Positions 8,525-18,759 of a stretch of 32,000 nucleotides of DNA are shown piece by piece (position 1 is the stretch's first letter; each line of letters begins with the position of its first letter). The notes beneath the pieces were generated by a model, which searched no databases, had not been told where the DNA came from, and saw only the letters and a list, made by a program, of their open reading frames with translations. The stretch lies in assembly GCA_965224465.1 (NCBI GenBank), contig OZ245049.1, forward strand, positions 2,670,001 through 2,702,000, written 5' to 3'. The translations under genes were made by a program, and so were the position numbers. The stretch is from Flavobacteriaceae bacterium. GTDB taxonomy: Bacteria; Bacteroidota; Bacteroidia; Flavobacteriales; Flavobacteriaceae.

Positions 8525-11292
8525 TACATACTCAATTTTCGATAGTTGTCTAAGCGGATATTTTTTTGCATAAAATCCCGAATATCTTCCACTGTTAAGT
8601 CCTTCAAAACAGCGTCATAATCGGCAAGATTCTCTAAGGATTCTTGATCGTACAGTAGTTGGAAGATTTTCTGCTCCCATCCAGACCTGTTTTTAGAAGA
8701 GAGCCCTAATGTTTTTCTATTGATAAAACTTTTTTTAAGGGATGCAAGCAATGTTTCCGATACAGGATGTACTTTCATATCCTTTAAGGTTGATACGACA
8801 ATCTCTTCTACTTTATCTGCATTTTCAGGAGCACAGGTATAGTTTACATGAATAGCAAAAAACGGTATTGGAACAGGACGGTATTCATAACTCACATAGG
8901 GAGAATAGACCAATCCATTTTCTTCTCTAAGTTTTGACAAGAGTAGTTCACGAATTAAAGACACGGTGATTTTTAATTTAAAAGACGATTTAAACCCCAA
9001 ATCATAGGTTCCGTAAAAATACAAAGATTCCATAACTTGTTCTTGCGCTCTATTTACAACATAAACAACCGGCGCTTGCTTTTCTACCGAAAACAACTCC
9101 TTGTTCTCCTTAAATCCTTGTCCTTTAGGAAGCCCTCCAATATAGGTATCTATCAAGGGCATTAACTGGTCCACAGTAGCATCTCCAGTAATTATAAAAG
9201 TCCACCCCTTTGCTCCAGAAAACAATTTCTCATAATAATCATGCATTTTATCAATGCGCAATAATTTCAATTCTTTTGTCGTTTCAGGACCTTTTCTATC
9301 TTCAAAATACGTCCCTTTTAACACCGCTTCCTTGATAGAAAACTGACGTGCTGGTGTTGCATTTATTCGAAGGTAATCATGACTCGCATTGTATTGACTG
9401 CGAATGGATTTACGAAACTCCTTTTTATTGACGGAGATCGCTGTCATTTTTAAAAATAGGTACTTAAAAAAATCTTCTAGGTGCTTGTTCTCTGTAAAAC
9501 CATCTGTTCTTCTGTCAAACTCCGTAATATTTAAATTTAAAGCCATCATTTTATCGGCTAAATATTTTTCTAGATCGCGATCATTTAGGTTTCCTACGCC
9601 TCCTAAATCTAGATAAGCGGTTGTCGATTCATAGCACATATAGTCCTGTTTGGACAAGGAGGAAGTACCTCCAAGGGCAAAAGATTTTAAATAGATTTCA
9701 CCACTACCATCCTTAATCGGCTTTACAATTACAGTGGCTCCATTTTTATAATGCAACTCGGTAATATCTAATGATGGGTGGTATTTTTTTCCTATAAGGT
9801 TCGCGGTAAGTATAGTAGAAATTTTCAAATCTGTAAACATTTTTTCAGAAACGCTTTTCTTTTGTCGCTTAAAACGATACTTAGAACTATGTTTGTTTTT
9901 AAGAGATGTGATGACAGATTGTACGTCTTTAGACGTAAGTTGCTCTTTACTTTTTACAGTTATTTTACCATAAACAAGTATTGATTTAGCTGCCAAAAGT
10001 TCCTCCGTATAATGTAAAATAGCTGTAGCATCAATGGAAGCAATCATTTTTTTTGCAATAGCATTCTCTTGGATTGGATTTTTAGGCAATTGTATTCCTA
10101 AAAAGCAATCGATCGATTCTTGAACGATTGCAATGGATGTTTTTTCGAGGATTGAATCATCCGAATAGTGCGCTAAAAGTTCCGCTTTATAAAAATCTAA
10201 TTCTCGATCACTAAGTCCATGAGCTATTAAACGTCTAAATTCATAAAGCCCCTTCTCTAGCCCTATTTTAAGTGTCTGATCGGTTGTAAATTCAAGAATT
10301 TCATATGCGGCATCAGCTAAAAAATAAGAAGAAGAAAAACGAAGATCTCGGATTTTACGGGTGTTTTTTGTACGGATTCTATGAGTTAATAGGTCCCGAG
10401 TCAAACGTCCAATCAATCCATTTTTAGTAATGGAAGTTGTGTTTTTCTTGGGCCACATAATTGTTAATTTCGAGTTCTTTATAAGACTATCCTTCACTAT
10501 TTCCACCTTGATCCTAGTCCCTGTAAGTAGCGATTCCTGACGAGATGGTCCTACTGTTTTTTTTGAAAGACCCCCAAAAACATATTGGATATCCCTTGCC
10601 ATAACAGCAGTATCTATAGCACCCACTACAATTACAGCCGCATTATCAGTTCCGTAATGTCGGGTGTAATACGCTCGTAAACCAGATTGATTAATGGCCA
10701 TTACACTTTGTGCATTTCCTAAAGGATGACGGGCTATATAATGCGAATTATTAACCTTGAAAGAATAAATAGGTACTGCTTTTACCGCAGCCTTTTGTTC
10801 TTCTAAGACTATTTTTCGTTCCGTTTTTATGTGCGCTTGATCCAATGTGAGTTCAGCAAGGACTTCGGAAAAGAAGTGGAGCACCAAAGAAATGGTTTCC
10901 TTACTATCACTTGGAACATGTACACTGTACACCGTGTAATCATAACCTGTATAGGCATTATAATCAATTCCTAATTGCAGTCCTTTCTTATGTAACGCTT
11001 CTACAAAATCAGTATTGGGCATGTGCGTACTTCCTTTGAATGCCATGTGTTCTATAAAATGCGCATAGCCTAATTGCGTATCCGTTTCGTTTAAAGAACC
11101 TGTTTTAACAACTAAAAATAGTTGCACCCTATTTTCTGGAAGCGCATTTTCCTGTAAGAAATAGGTCAATCCATTACCTAAGGTTTCCTGAACAATTTTT
11201 TGGTTTACAACCGTTTTTTCTTGTTGAGCCGACAGCAATAAAACATGAAAAAGTACGGTGATAAAAAGGCTTATTTTTTTTATAAAGTTCAT
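8524..11292 (-). CDS. M16-family (pitrilysin/insulinase-like) zinc peptidase, two-unit, secreted
   Basis: Inverted zinc motif HFIEH (HxxEH) near the N-terminus. About 920 aa, consistent with tandem active and inactive M16 halves. A signal-like start MNFIKKISLFITVLFHVLLLSAQ (ATG at 11292) is preferred over the upstream Met at 11322. Confidence 0.85.
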   Translation of the reverse strand: MNFIKKISLFITVLFHVLLLSAQQEKTVVNQKIVQETLGNGLTYFLQENALPENRVQLFLVVKTGSLNETDTQLGYAHFIEHMAFKGSTHMPNTDFVEALHKKGLQLGIDYNAYTGYDYTVYSVHVPSDSKETISLVLHFFSEVLAELTLDQAHIKTERKIVLEEQKAAVKAVPIYSFKVNNSHYIARHPLGNAQSVMAINQSGLRAYYTRHYGTDNAAVIVVGAIDTAVMARDIQYVFGGLSKKTVGPSRQESLLTGTRIKVEIVKDSLIKNSKLTIMWPKKNTTSITKNGLIGRLTRDLLTHRIRTKNTRKIRDLRFSSSYFLADAAYEILEFTTDQTLKIGLEKGLYEFRRLIAHGLSDRELDFYKAELLAHYSDDSILEKTSIAIVQESIDCFLGIQLPKNPIQENAIAKKMIASIDATAILHYTEELLAAKSILVYGKITVKSKEQLTSKDVQSVITSLKNKHSSKYRFKRQKKSVSEKMFTDLKISTILTANLIGKKYHPSLDITELHYKNGATVIVKPIKDGSGEIYLKSFALGGTSSLSKQDYMCYESTTAYLDLGGVGNLNDRDLEKYLADKMMALNLNITEFDRRTDGFTENKHLEDFFKYLFLKMTAISVNKKEFRKSIRSQYNASHDYLRINATPARQFSIKEAVLKGTYFEDRKGPETTKELKLLRIDKMHDYYEKLFSGAKGWTFIITGDATVDQLMPLIDTYIGGLPKGQGFKENKELFSVEKQAPVVYVVNRAQEQVMESLYFYGTYDLGFKSSFKLKITVSLIRELLLSKLREENGLVYSPYVSYEYRPVPIPFFAIHVNYTCAPENADKVEEIVVSTLKDMKVHPVSETLLASLKKSFINRKTLGLSSKNRSGWEQKIFQLLYDQESLENLADYDAVLKDLTVEDIRDFMQKNIRLDNYRKLSM

Positions 11293-11357
11293 ACATAATA
11301 TTTTAGAGCAAGGAAACTCCAATAGGCAAGTGTCCTTATTAAAACATGCATCAACAA

Positions 11358-11389
11358 AGGCTCAGCATTCTTAAAAGTCTACTGAGCCT
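11358..11389 (-). terminator. Possible hairpin terminator after the PUL lipoprotein gene
   Basis: aggctcag (11358-11365) / ctgagcct (11382-11389), an 8-bp stem with a large 16-nt loop. The downstream tract on the minus strand is only moderately U-rich. Confidence 0.3.
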
Positions 11390-11458
11390 ATGGACACAAA
11401 AGAGAGGCAAACTACATCGTTTTAATTAAAACGCGACCTGTAGCTAACCGTATTTTTA

Positions 11459-12709
11459 CTAGTGTACAAAAGGAGATTGATATGTTACTGTAACCGTAGA
11501 ATATCCACTAGCATTGGAATGATCAATATTAAATATATAGGTCATTTTTCCTGTTGCTTGGTCATAGCTACTTGTTGGAGCAACCCAATTCCCATCACCC
11601 CATTCATCTTCTAAAATGGAAGAATAGATAATGTAGTTATCAGGATTTAGAGAACCTCCTTGTATGATATACTCACGCAATCCTTCATCGGTTTTAGACA
11701 TTTTAAACAATTCATCCCAAAGAGGAAACTCATATTCTAAATTGATGGCAGATAAATCTCTGTCTGGATTTTCAAGAGTCTCCGCATTCCATGGAGGAGA
11801 AAAAGCACCATTTTCATAGACAAAAGAAATGGTATTGTCAGCCTTAAAAATAAGCTTGTCCATGAGTACATTAAAGCTGTATTCGTTTGCAATCCATTTG
11901 GCAACTTTTTCTTCTCCTAACTCTTGCAATACTGCTTTACTTGCAGGGACAGCATCATTATACCAAAATTCTTTATTTTCGATGGTTTCAGCTCTAAACA
12001 CAAGGTTTAAATAATCATTCAATCCAAAAGAGTTATTCGTCATTTTAAGCATTGGTTCCTCTACGGTAGCATCCTCACTTAACGTAACAATAGTAGTCCC
12101 CGTATAAGACTTGGTAAATTCAGCTTCAAAAGGAGCTACACTTCCATTAGCTGGACTGTGTATTGTTACTCTTACAGGAATTTTCCCAATCCAAAGAGAA
12201 AGGTCTATTCCCTTTCCTTTAATTTCCTGGATCAATGCTCTTTGACCAATGCTAAGAGGTGAAATTTCTTCTTCAGCAATCATTTTAACAACCGTTTCAG
12301 ATTCCAAGGCAACAGAATTTTTTATTCCAGTAACACTTACCAAGTGTAGGGAAAAATTCTGGTTATCTGTCAATACATTCTCGCTATCATTTTTAGCATC
12401 TGCGTGTACAGTTAGCAAGCCTACCGTGGTATTTTTAAGAATTACAACCTCTTTTGTCAAGGTAAATAAACCGGTAATACCTTCTTGATTTTTCAAGTCA
12501 AAAACCAACTTGATTTCGGTATCAAAAGAACGACTCATCACAACATCATAGGCAATATCAGCAGCTTCGCCTTCTACGACTTCCGTAGCTCCTTTACTAA
12601 CTAAACTTACAGTAATATCTCCCGTAAAACCAGCGTCATTGTCTTTTTCACAAGAAAACAACAGCAAGGCAGTTGCAAAAATATAGGTAATTGTTTTTAC
12701 TATTTTCAT
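11459..12709 (-). CDS. Surface lipoprotein of unknown function, third gene of the SusC/SusD locus
   Basis: Signal peptide with lipobox (ALLLFSC-EKD). It starts 12 bp downstream of susD-like on the same strand. No catalytic motif was recognised. Confidence 0.6.
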   Translation of the reverse strand: MKIVKTITYIFATALLLFSCEKDNDAGFTGDITVSLVSKGATEVVEGEAADIAYDVVMSRSFDTEIKLVFDLKNQEGITGLFTLTKEVVILKNTTVGLLTVHADAKNDSENVLTDNQNFSLHLVSVTGIKNSVALESETVVKMIAEEEISPLSIGQRALIQEIKGKGIDLSLWIGKIPVRVTIHSPANGSVAPFEAEFTKSYTGTTIVTLSEDATVEEPMLKMTNNSFGLNDYLNLVFRAETIENKEFWYNDAVPASKAVLQELGEEKVAKWIANEYSFNVLMDKLIFKADNTISFVYENGAFSPPWNAETLENPDRDLSAINLEYEFPLWDELFKMSKTDEGLREYIIQGGSLNPDNYIIYSSILEDEWGDGNWVAPTSSYDQATGKMTYIFNIDHSNASGYSTVTVTYQSPFVH

Positions 12710-12721
12710 AATTATTTATAG

Positions 12722-14137
12722 TTATATATAGGGATTCCACCCTGGGTTTTGACGTATGTTCGTATTGTTTCTGATTTCATCTTTAGGAATAGGAAACAGC
12801 CATCTAAAATCAGATTTTTTGATGGTATTTTCCTTTGCATGCTCTTTATAATGTACTTTAGATACGTTTTTTTGATAACGTTTTAAATCAAAATACCGAA
12901 GTCCTTCTCCAAAGAATTCACGTTGTTTTTCCTTTAATATTTCCTCTAGTAAATGTGCATCATCTACTAAAATCAACGTACTGCTATTGCGCAGTTTTAA
13001 AAAATGCTGAACTGTAGCTCTCGCTGCTGAATACTGTCCCAGTCCTACCTGAGCTTCGGCTTGAATAAAATACATTTCTGCCGTCCTAAGCGCCAATATA
13101 TTCGCTCCTGGAGACAAGGTGTAATCGGTCCTGTATTTCCCTAAAAAGGAAACTTCTACAAGGGTCCCATCAATGGTTCTAAAATCACTATTCAAAAGAC
13201 TAATTCCTTTTCTATAATCCGTATCATCAAATAAAATATGCGGATTAACCATGTAATAATCCCCCAATTCACTGCTGTTAAAAATTTCGGTATAATAGCT
13301 AGAGTCTTCCTCATAAGAAAACAATATTTCCTTGTTACTACTATGTTGTTGCTCCCAAGCTGCGATGTATACGCTTCCAGAAACATCTGTTAGCGATAAG
13401 GATTGCTGGACCAATACTTCGGTTGCATAGTCTAAAGCTGCTGTATATTTTTTACAATCTAAGTTTACCTTAGAAAGCATGGCATAAGCAGCACGTTGAG
13501 AAAAGTGAAATTTAGTATGATAGTTTTCAGGAAACAATGCAACAGCTTGTAATAGCAACTTATTGATTTCCTTGTAGCAAACATCTAAATTAGATCGCTT
13601 TAGTTGCTGAGATTTAAGTGTGTTTTTTAAAATAATCCCATCCATAGAGGCATTTTCTGCCGTATAAGTAGGTGCGTACAATTGAAGTAACTCATAATAA
13701 GAGATTGCTTTTAAAGAGATTGCTTCCGCCTTGATAATGTTGTATTTACGTTGTTCTTTATCTGAATACACGGTGATATTTTCCATTGCTTGCAACAATA
13801 CATTTGCCTTCATAATGGTTGTATAATATTCCCTCCACAAAACATTGGATTCCAAAGCGAGGCTCGCAATGTTCCATTGATAGAGTCTATAATCATCAAT
13901 ATGATCTCTCAAGTGATAAGTAGGGTAGAAATCATCGGCAAGTTTTGAAAATAACAATTTATTTTTAGGAATACTTAGGTAGACCGATGCCAAGGCTTCT
14001 TCCGCTATAGGCAGATTGTCAATGGCATCCATTCCTGTAATTTGGTCTTCGACAGGAAGGTCTAATGAACAGGAATTCATAAGAAACATTGCCCCTATAC
14101 ATCCAATTATTTTTATTTTTATACGCATCGCTATCAT
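12722..14137 (-). CDS. SusD/RagB-family nutrient-binding outer-membrane lipoprotein
   Basis: Lipobox FLMNSC. The TPR-like helical composition and length (~470 aa) are typical of the family. It lies immediately downstream of a SusC-like gene (12-bp gap). Confidence 0.85.
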   Translation of the reverse strand: MIAMRIKIKIIGCIGAMFLMNSCSLDLPVEDQITGMDAIDNLPIAEEALASVYLSIPKNKLLFSKLADDFYPTYHLRDHIDDYRLYQWNIASLALESNVLWREYYTTIMKANVLLQAMENITVYSDKEQRKYNIIKAEAISLKAISYYELLQLYAPTYTAENASMDGIILKNTLKSQQLKRSNLDVCYKEINKLLLQAVALFPENYHTKFHFSQRAAYAMLSKVNLDCKKYTAALDYATEVLVQQSLSLTDVSGSVYIAAWEQQHSSNKEILFSYEEDSSYYTEIFNSSELGDYYMVNPHILFDDTDYRKGISLLNSDFRTIDGTLVEVSFLGKYRTDYTLSPGANILALRTAEMYFIQAEAQVGLGQYSAARATVQHFLKLRNSSTLILVDDAHLLEEILKEKQREFFGEGLRYFDLKRYQKNVSKVHYKEHAKENTIKKSDFRWLFPIPKDEIRNNTNIRQNPGWNPYI

Positions 14138-14149
14138 GTGATAATTCTA

Positions 14150-17100
14150 TTAAAAAGTAAGGTTGATTCCTACCGAAACAATGGGTTGTACAGCACCTAT
14201 TAAATTAGCAGATTCAGGATCTGCACCCGAGAAATTAGACAAGGTGAAAAGATTTTTTCCTTGCAGATTGATACTGCATTTTTTTAAAAACCTTAACCCT
14301 GTATCCAACTGGTATGACAGGCGGACATTATTCACACGGATATAATCTGTTTTCCCAACAGTTCTATCAGTAGCATAAGATTGATTTAAATAAATCTCCC
14401 CACTTGCTACATATAATTTTGGATACGTTTTCCCTTCGTCCCCTAGCTTAAACCAAGTATCTTTCAACTGACCTTGAACTCCATTTTTATTCGCATCATC
14501 ACCACTCCTTATGACCGTATTGTTCCGATAGACCGCTTTCCCACCAGCACTAAAATACAAGGACACACTGCATTCAAAATCTTTATAGCGCAGCTGATGA
14601 TACCAACCACCTGTAACAGGAGACGTGGAAACACCCAATACTGAAAAATCTTTTTCTTTAAGTTTATTATATATAGTGAGTTCCTTGCCATCGGGACTTA
14701 AAAACCTTGGAAGCCCATCTACTGGATGTATACCTAAAGATTTCAGACCATAGATAACAGCTACAGATTCCCCTACTTGATAATCTGGATAAGGATTCCC
14801 ACTTAAATACAAGGGAGCATCTCCATAGAGTTTTAAAACCGTATTTTTATTGTAAGATGCATTAAGAGAAGTGTTCCATCTAAAATTATCAGTACTTAAT
14901 AGCGTGCTATTTATAGTAAGTTCGAGTCCTCTATTCTCCAAAGAACCAATGTTTTTTAAAAGATCTACAAAACCATTAGAAGGAGCAATAGGCATAGTCA
15001 ATAATACATCACTAGTCACACGACGGTAAACCGACAGTCCAATGGTTGTGCTTTTTAGAAGGCTTAGGTCAACCCCTATATTTATAGACTGACTTTGCTC
15101 TGGTTTTAATTTTTCATTAAACAGGTTCATTAAATAAAACGCTCGATTCCCTGCATAGGAATTGACACCATAGGTATAGGTAGGAACGACCAAAGAAGCA
15201 TCGATCCCAGCTAAGCTAGCCGTAACCCCATAAGAAGCACGTATTTTAAATGATGTAACAAAGGCATAAGGACTCCAAAAATCTTCTGCACTCATGGTAT
15301 ACGCAACACCTGTAGCCCAAAACGAATTCCAGCGTTTATTGGCAGGTAATAAGGAAGAACCATCCTTTTTATAGCTTGCATAAAAATCGTATGTACTGTC
15401 CCAATTATAGCCGAGAGAAACCCCCATTCCTAGTTGAGCTTGACTCTGATTAGTAGCGGTAGATCGGACGCGTCTTCTTCCTTTAATGTTCTGATTGATA
15501 CCAGCAGCCGAATTCATTTTACTCGGCAATCCATACCCTGTAATTCCAACGCGATCCACCATGGATTTAAAATAATCAACATTGGCAGATAAAAACACCT
15601 GATGCTTCCCAAAATATTTTTGGTAATTGAGTCGGGTGTTGGTACTAATACTGGTATTGGTTCCTTTGTTTTTTACAACTTTTCCACGATGCGCTTCTGG
15701 CACGCCACTAGTTACTTCTGTATAGGCTGTTTTAGGCGTGATACCCAATGATTCAGAAACCATATTGTCCAATCCTATTACCGATGCTAATTTTAAATCA
15801 GGTAAAATACTCCAATAAATATTCGTGGAAATATTAAAACGTTTACTTGTGGACTTTCCTGAATATTGATGGATTAAATTAGTAAAACTAACCCGAGGAA
15901 AAGAGGTCAGTTTAACATCGCTATATGGTGTTTCGTAGGGATTTAGTTGATAGAGTAAGGTTGACGGATTCCCCAAAGAAGAACTAGGTGTTTTAGTCCG
16001 TACAAAACCACTTCCAACAGTAATCATTCCCATAACTTTTTTTGAAAACTGATGTTCAAAATTTATACGGGTAGAAAAACTTTCGGTACTATTTCCATTA
16101 AATTTACCACCTTGTTTTGAGAAATTTCCAGAAAGGTAAAATTTGGTATCATCACTTCCTCCTGTCACCGTTAAATGATGAGATTGATAGGCACTTATTT
16201 TTGTCAATTCACGAAACCAATCCGTGTCTATATTTTTTAGCGAATCCAACTTTTCGCGTCCATTTGCAATCAGAAGTGCCAAATTCGGACTGTTTTTATA
16301 ATACTTTTTAAAATAGTCTTCTGAATAATAATACCCCGGAGTATTCCTGTTTTTTGAGCGATGTTCAAAGGCTAGTTTTTCCGCTGTTCGCATCATTTTT
16401 ACCCCAGGACTGCCTCTTAAAGTAAGTCCCTGATGAAATCGATATTGAAATGTAGTCGCTCCTTTGACTCCTCTTTTTCCAGTAATTTCAATGACACCAT
16501 TTGCGGCTTTAATTCCGTACAAGGCATTGGCGGTAGCATCCTTCAATACTTTTATTTCTTCAATATCGTTAATACTGATTAAGGCAAAGGCTTCTGGACT
16601 AATCAGTTGCCCATCCAACACATATAATGGTTGGTTGGCCCTGTTGTCATAGGCTTCTTTATTGGTAGCATTCACCCCTTTTCCTTTGATTGAAAGTGTA
16701 GAAGTTCCACGAATTCTAATTTTTGGTGCTTTCCCTAATTCGCCATTATTTACAACCACTAATCCTGCAACTTGCCCTTGCAATAACTCACCGATAGACA
16801 TGCTGGCGATGTTATTTATTTTTTTTGTATCAATCGTAGCCACAGCTCCAGTTGCTTTTCGTGTATCTAAATCATTGATGTTTGCATTAAAATGCAATAC
16901 GACCGTATTTAAATCTACAGCATCTTCTTCTAAAGCAATATTCAATACGGCACTATTTACACGTATTTTACGTGTCTTAAATCCTAAATAACGAATAATT
17001 AACAGGTCTCCTTTCCGAACTCTCAATTGGTATTTCCCATGAAAATCAGACGAAGTCCCCCTGCCTGTGTTTTTTAATAATACGGTTACCCCTATTAATT

Positions 17101-17221
17101 TTTCAGCAGTTAAAGCACTTGAGATTTCCCCTTGTAAAAGGAAGATTTTGCTGTCTTGTGCATGTATAGAACATGCAGTTAAAACAACCGTAAAAAGCAG
17201 TAAAATAGATCGGATTTTCAA
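14150..17221 (-). CDS. SusC/RagA-family TonB-dependent outer-membrane transporter
   Basis: 1023 aa. It has a signal peptide, an N-terminal carboxypeptidase-regulatory-like domain (GVTVLLKNTGRGTSSDFHGKYQL) and plug-like segments. The beta-barrel ends in a terminal aromatic residue (GINLTF). Confidence 0.92.
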   Translation of the reverse strand: MKIRSILLLFTVVLTACSIHAQDSKIFLLQGEISSALTAEKLIGVTVLLKNTGRGTSSDFHGKYQLRVRKGDLLIIRYLGFKTRKIRVNSAVLNIALEEDAVDLNTVVLHFNANINDLDTRKATGAVATIDTKKINNIASMSIGELLQGQVAGLVVVNNGELGKAPKIRIRGTSTLSIKGKGVNATNKEAYDNRANQPLYVLDGQLISPEAFALISINDIEEIKVLKDATANALYGIKAANGVIEITGKRGVKGATTFQYRFHQGLTLRGSPGVKMMRTAEKLAFEHRSKNRNTPGYYYSEDYFKKYYKNSPNLALLIANGREKLDSLKNIDTDWFRELTKISAYQSHHLTVTGGSDDTKFYLSGNFSKQGGKFNGNSTESFSTRINFEHQFSKKVMGMITVGSGFVRTKTPSSSLGNPSTLLYQLNPYETPYSDVKLTSFPRVSFTNLIHQYSGKSTSKRFNISTNIYWSILPDLKLASVIGLDNMVSESLGITPKTAYTEVTSGVPEAHRGKVVKNKGTNTSISTNTRLNYQKYFGKHQVFLSANVDYFKSMVDRVGITGYGLPSKMNSAAGINQNIKGRRRVRSTATNQSQAQLGMGVSLGYNWDSTYDFYASYKKDGSSLLPANKRWNSFWATGVAYTMSAEDFWSPYAFVTSFKIRASYGVTASLAGIDASLVVPTYTYGVNSYAGNRAFYLMNLFNEKLKPEQSQSINIGVDLSLLKSTTIGLSVYRRVTSDVLLTMPIAPSNGFVDLLKNIGSLENRGLELTINSTLLSTDNFRWNTSLNASYNKNTVLKLYGDAPLYLSGNPYPDYQVGESVAVIYGLKSLGIHPVDGLPRFLSPDGKELTIYNKLKEKDFSVLGVSTSPVTGGWYHQLRYKDFECSVSLYFSAGGKAVYRNNTVIRSGDDANKNGVQGQLKDTWFKLGDEGKTYPKLYVASGEIYLNQSYATDRTVGKTDYIRVNNVRLSYQLDTGLRFLKKCSINLQGKNLFTLSNFSGADPESANLIGAVQPIVSVGINLTF

Positions 17222-17435
17222 AATAAAAGTATAAACGAAGCCGCTAATTTAGAACTATTATTAATAACGAGGCACTTCTAGTCGATTTTATTTTTAATAA
17301 GACTAAATAATATTTGGAATAAGCTTTAAATAAGCTAATTAGGTCAATACTAAAAATATGTTTTATTTTTATAAAGCACGTTAAAAACACAAGACGCTAA
17401 CAGCATACACGCAATTAAATTTTTATAAAAAAGTA

Positions 17436-18425
17436 TAGGGTTACCCTCTTAAGTCGCAATATATTTGATTGATTTATAGGCTATTGGTTTTTCTTTACAC
17501 ATTCTTTTTAGTAGGTTTTCTAAGATGTTTTCTCTAAAATTGAGTCGATTAAATCGATAGAAATACTCTTGAATGTATTGATTTATATACTCTTTCTCAC
17601 AATACGAATGAACGCCTCTTAACCAATTTTTAAAGTTTCTTATCTGAAAATGTAGCATCTTAAAATTCTCACCATTATTAGATAATATTTGTGTTAAATT
17701 TGGGAAGTTCTTTTTTAAAGGTTTATATCCTGACCAGCCATCTGTAACTATATTGGCATCAAACTTTATATGTTTCTCAAATATTGGTTTTAATGATTTG
17801 CAACTATAATCTTCTATCACCTTTGCGTATGCTCTGCCTGGTTTACCATTTCTATTTTCAATGGCAATTACAACTCTAATTTTAGTAGCTGATTTACTAC
17901 GTCCTTGCTCTCCTTTTTTTGGTGTACCTATTTCAAACTCGTCTACATGAACTTCTTTTTCTAAAGGATATTTCTCACTACTTTTCATTGCTTCTTGTAC
18001 TTTTCTTCTAAACAACCAAGCTGTCATCTGTTTAACACCGTGCCTTTCTGCTAACCAAATACTATTCGCTCCTTTCTTACTGGTAACTATATCATAAGTC
18101 ATTTCAAAGGCTTCTACAATACCAAATTTAACTTTATGAAATAGAGTGTTCGCAGTTGGAGACTCATCATATCCGCATTTTGTACAACGTCTATTATACG
18201 CTCTTTTTCCTTTTAAAAACTTTGTGTTTTTACATTTAAAACAGGAAAAACCTTCTTCCCATTTTACAGATGATAAAAAAGATAAACATAAACTCTCTTC
18301 TCCAAACTTAGTGTGAAATTCTTTACGAGATAATTCTTTTAATATTTTCATAGCTTTCTTTTTCTAAAAGTAAAAAATCCTTTCAGAAAAACAAAATATT
18401 AGTGAGATTTAAATAGGTAACCCTA
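17436..18425 (-). mobile_element. IS1595-family insertion sequence (990 bp) with intact target-site duplication
   Basis: Terminal inverted repeats tagggttacc... (17436) and ...ggtaacccta (18425). They are perfect for 10 bp, and by hand count about 19 of 26 positions match. They are flanked by the 8-bp direct repeat aaaaagta at 17428-17435 and 18426-18433. One transposase ORF lies inside. Confidence 0.85.
17449..18351 (-). CDS. IS1595-family (ISXO2-like) DDE transposase with N-terminal zinc ribbon
   Basis: N-terminal CxxC...CxxC zinc ribbon (CFKCKN...CTKCGY), then a DDE-type core (HVDEFEIG...IVTDGWSGY...). The length of 300 aa is typical. Confidence 0.88.
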   Translation of the reverse strand: MKILKELSRKEFHTKFGEESLCLSFLSSVKWEEGFSCFKCKNTKFLKGKRAYNRRCTKCGYDESPTANTLFHKVKFGIVEAFEMTYDIVTSKKGANSIWLAERHGVKQMTAWLFRRKVQEAMKSSEKYPLEKEVHVDEFEIGTPKKGEQGRSKSATKIRVVIAIENRNGKPGRAYAKVIEDYSCKSLKPIFEKHIKFDANIVTDGWSGYKPLKKNFPNLTQILSNNGENFKMLHFQIRNFKNWLRGVHSYCEKEYINQYIQEYFYRFNRLNFRENILENLLKRMCKEKPIAYKSIKYIAT

Positions 18426-18600
18426 AAAAAGTAATTATAAAAACCCTAACTCCATGTTCCTTCTCATTTTAAAATGTATCAAAAACAGGTATTGATATCT
18501 TATGGAGACACAATAGAAATTATCCCTACAGAACTAGAGAAGTTATTTTTCAGAATTCTGATCATAAAAAAAACAGTTTGGTAGCTAAGCGGATCTCTTA

Positions 18601-18749
18601 CACCAATTACAATCCAAAATAACCAATATAAGAAGTTTGTTTTACGTTCTAGCGTAGTTAAAAAACAAAACGATAGCTAAGCTATTCATTCATTTTCCGA
18701 CTAGCTATAATACCAATTATAGACCATCACTTAGAAATGTATTTGGTAT
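18601..18749 (+). repeat. MITE-like intergenic repeat, copy C (full length)
   Basis: caccaattacaatccaaaataaccaatataagaagtttgttttacgttctagcgtagttaaaaaacaaaacgatagctaagctatt...ccatcacttagaaatgtatttggtat. Confidence 0.8.
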
Positions 18750-18759
18750 AAAAACTTCA

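Noticed and set aside
9404-9984. Antisense ORFs inside the M16 peptidase. The same applies to those in the lipoprotein, SusD and SusC genes: 11829-12014, 12249-12488, 13192-13386, 14163-14345, 14509-14691, 16117-16311, 16464-16652 and 16662-16991.
   Set aside because: They are shadow ORFs of confidently assigned genes and have no independent coding signal.
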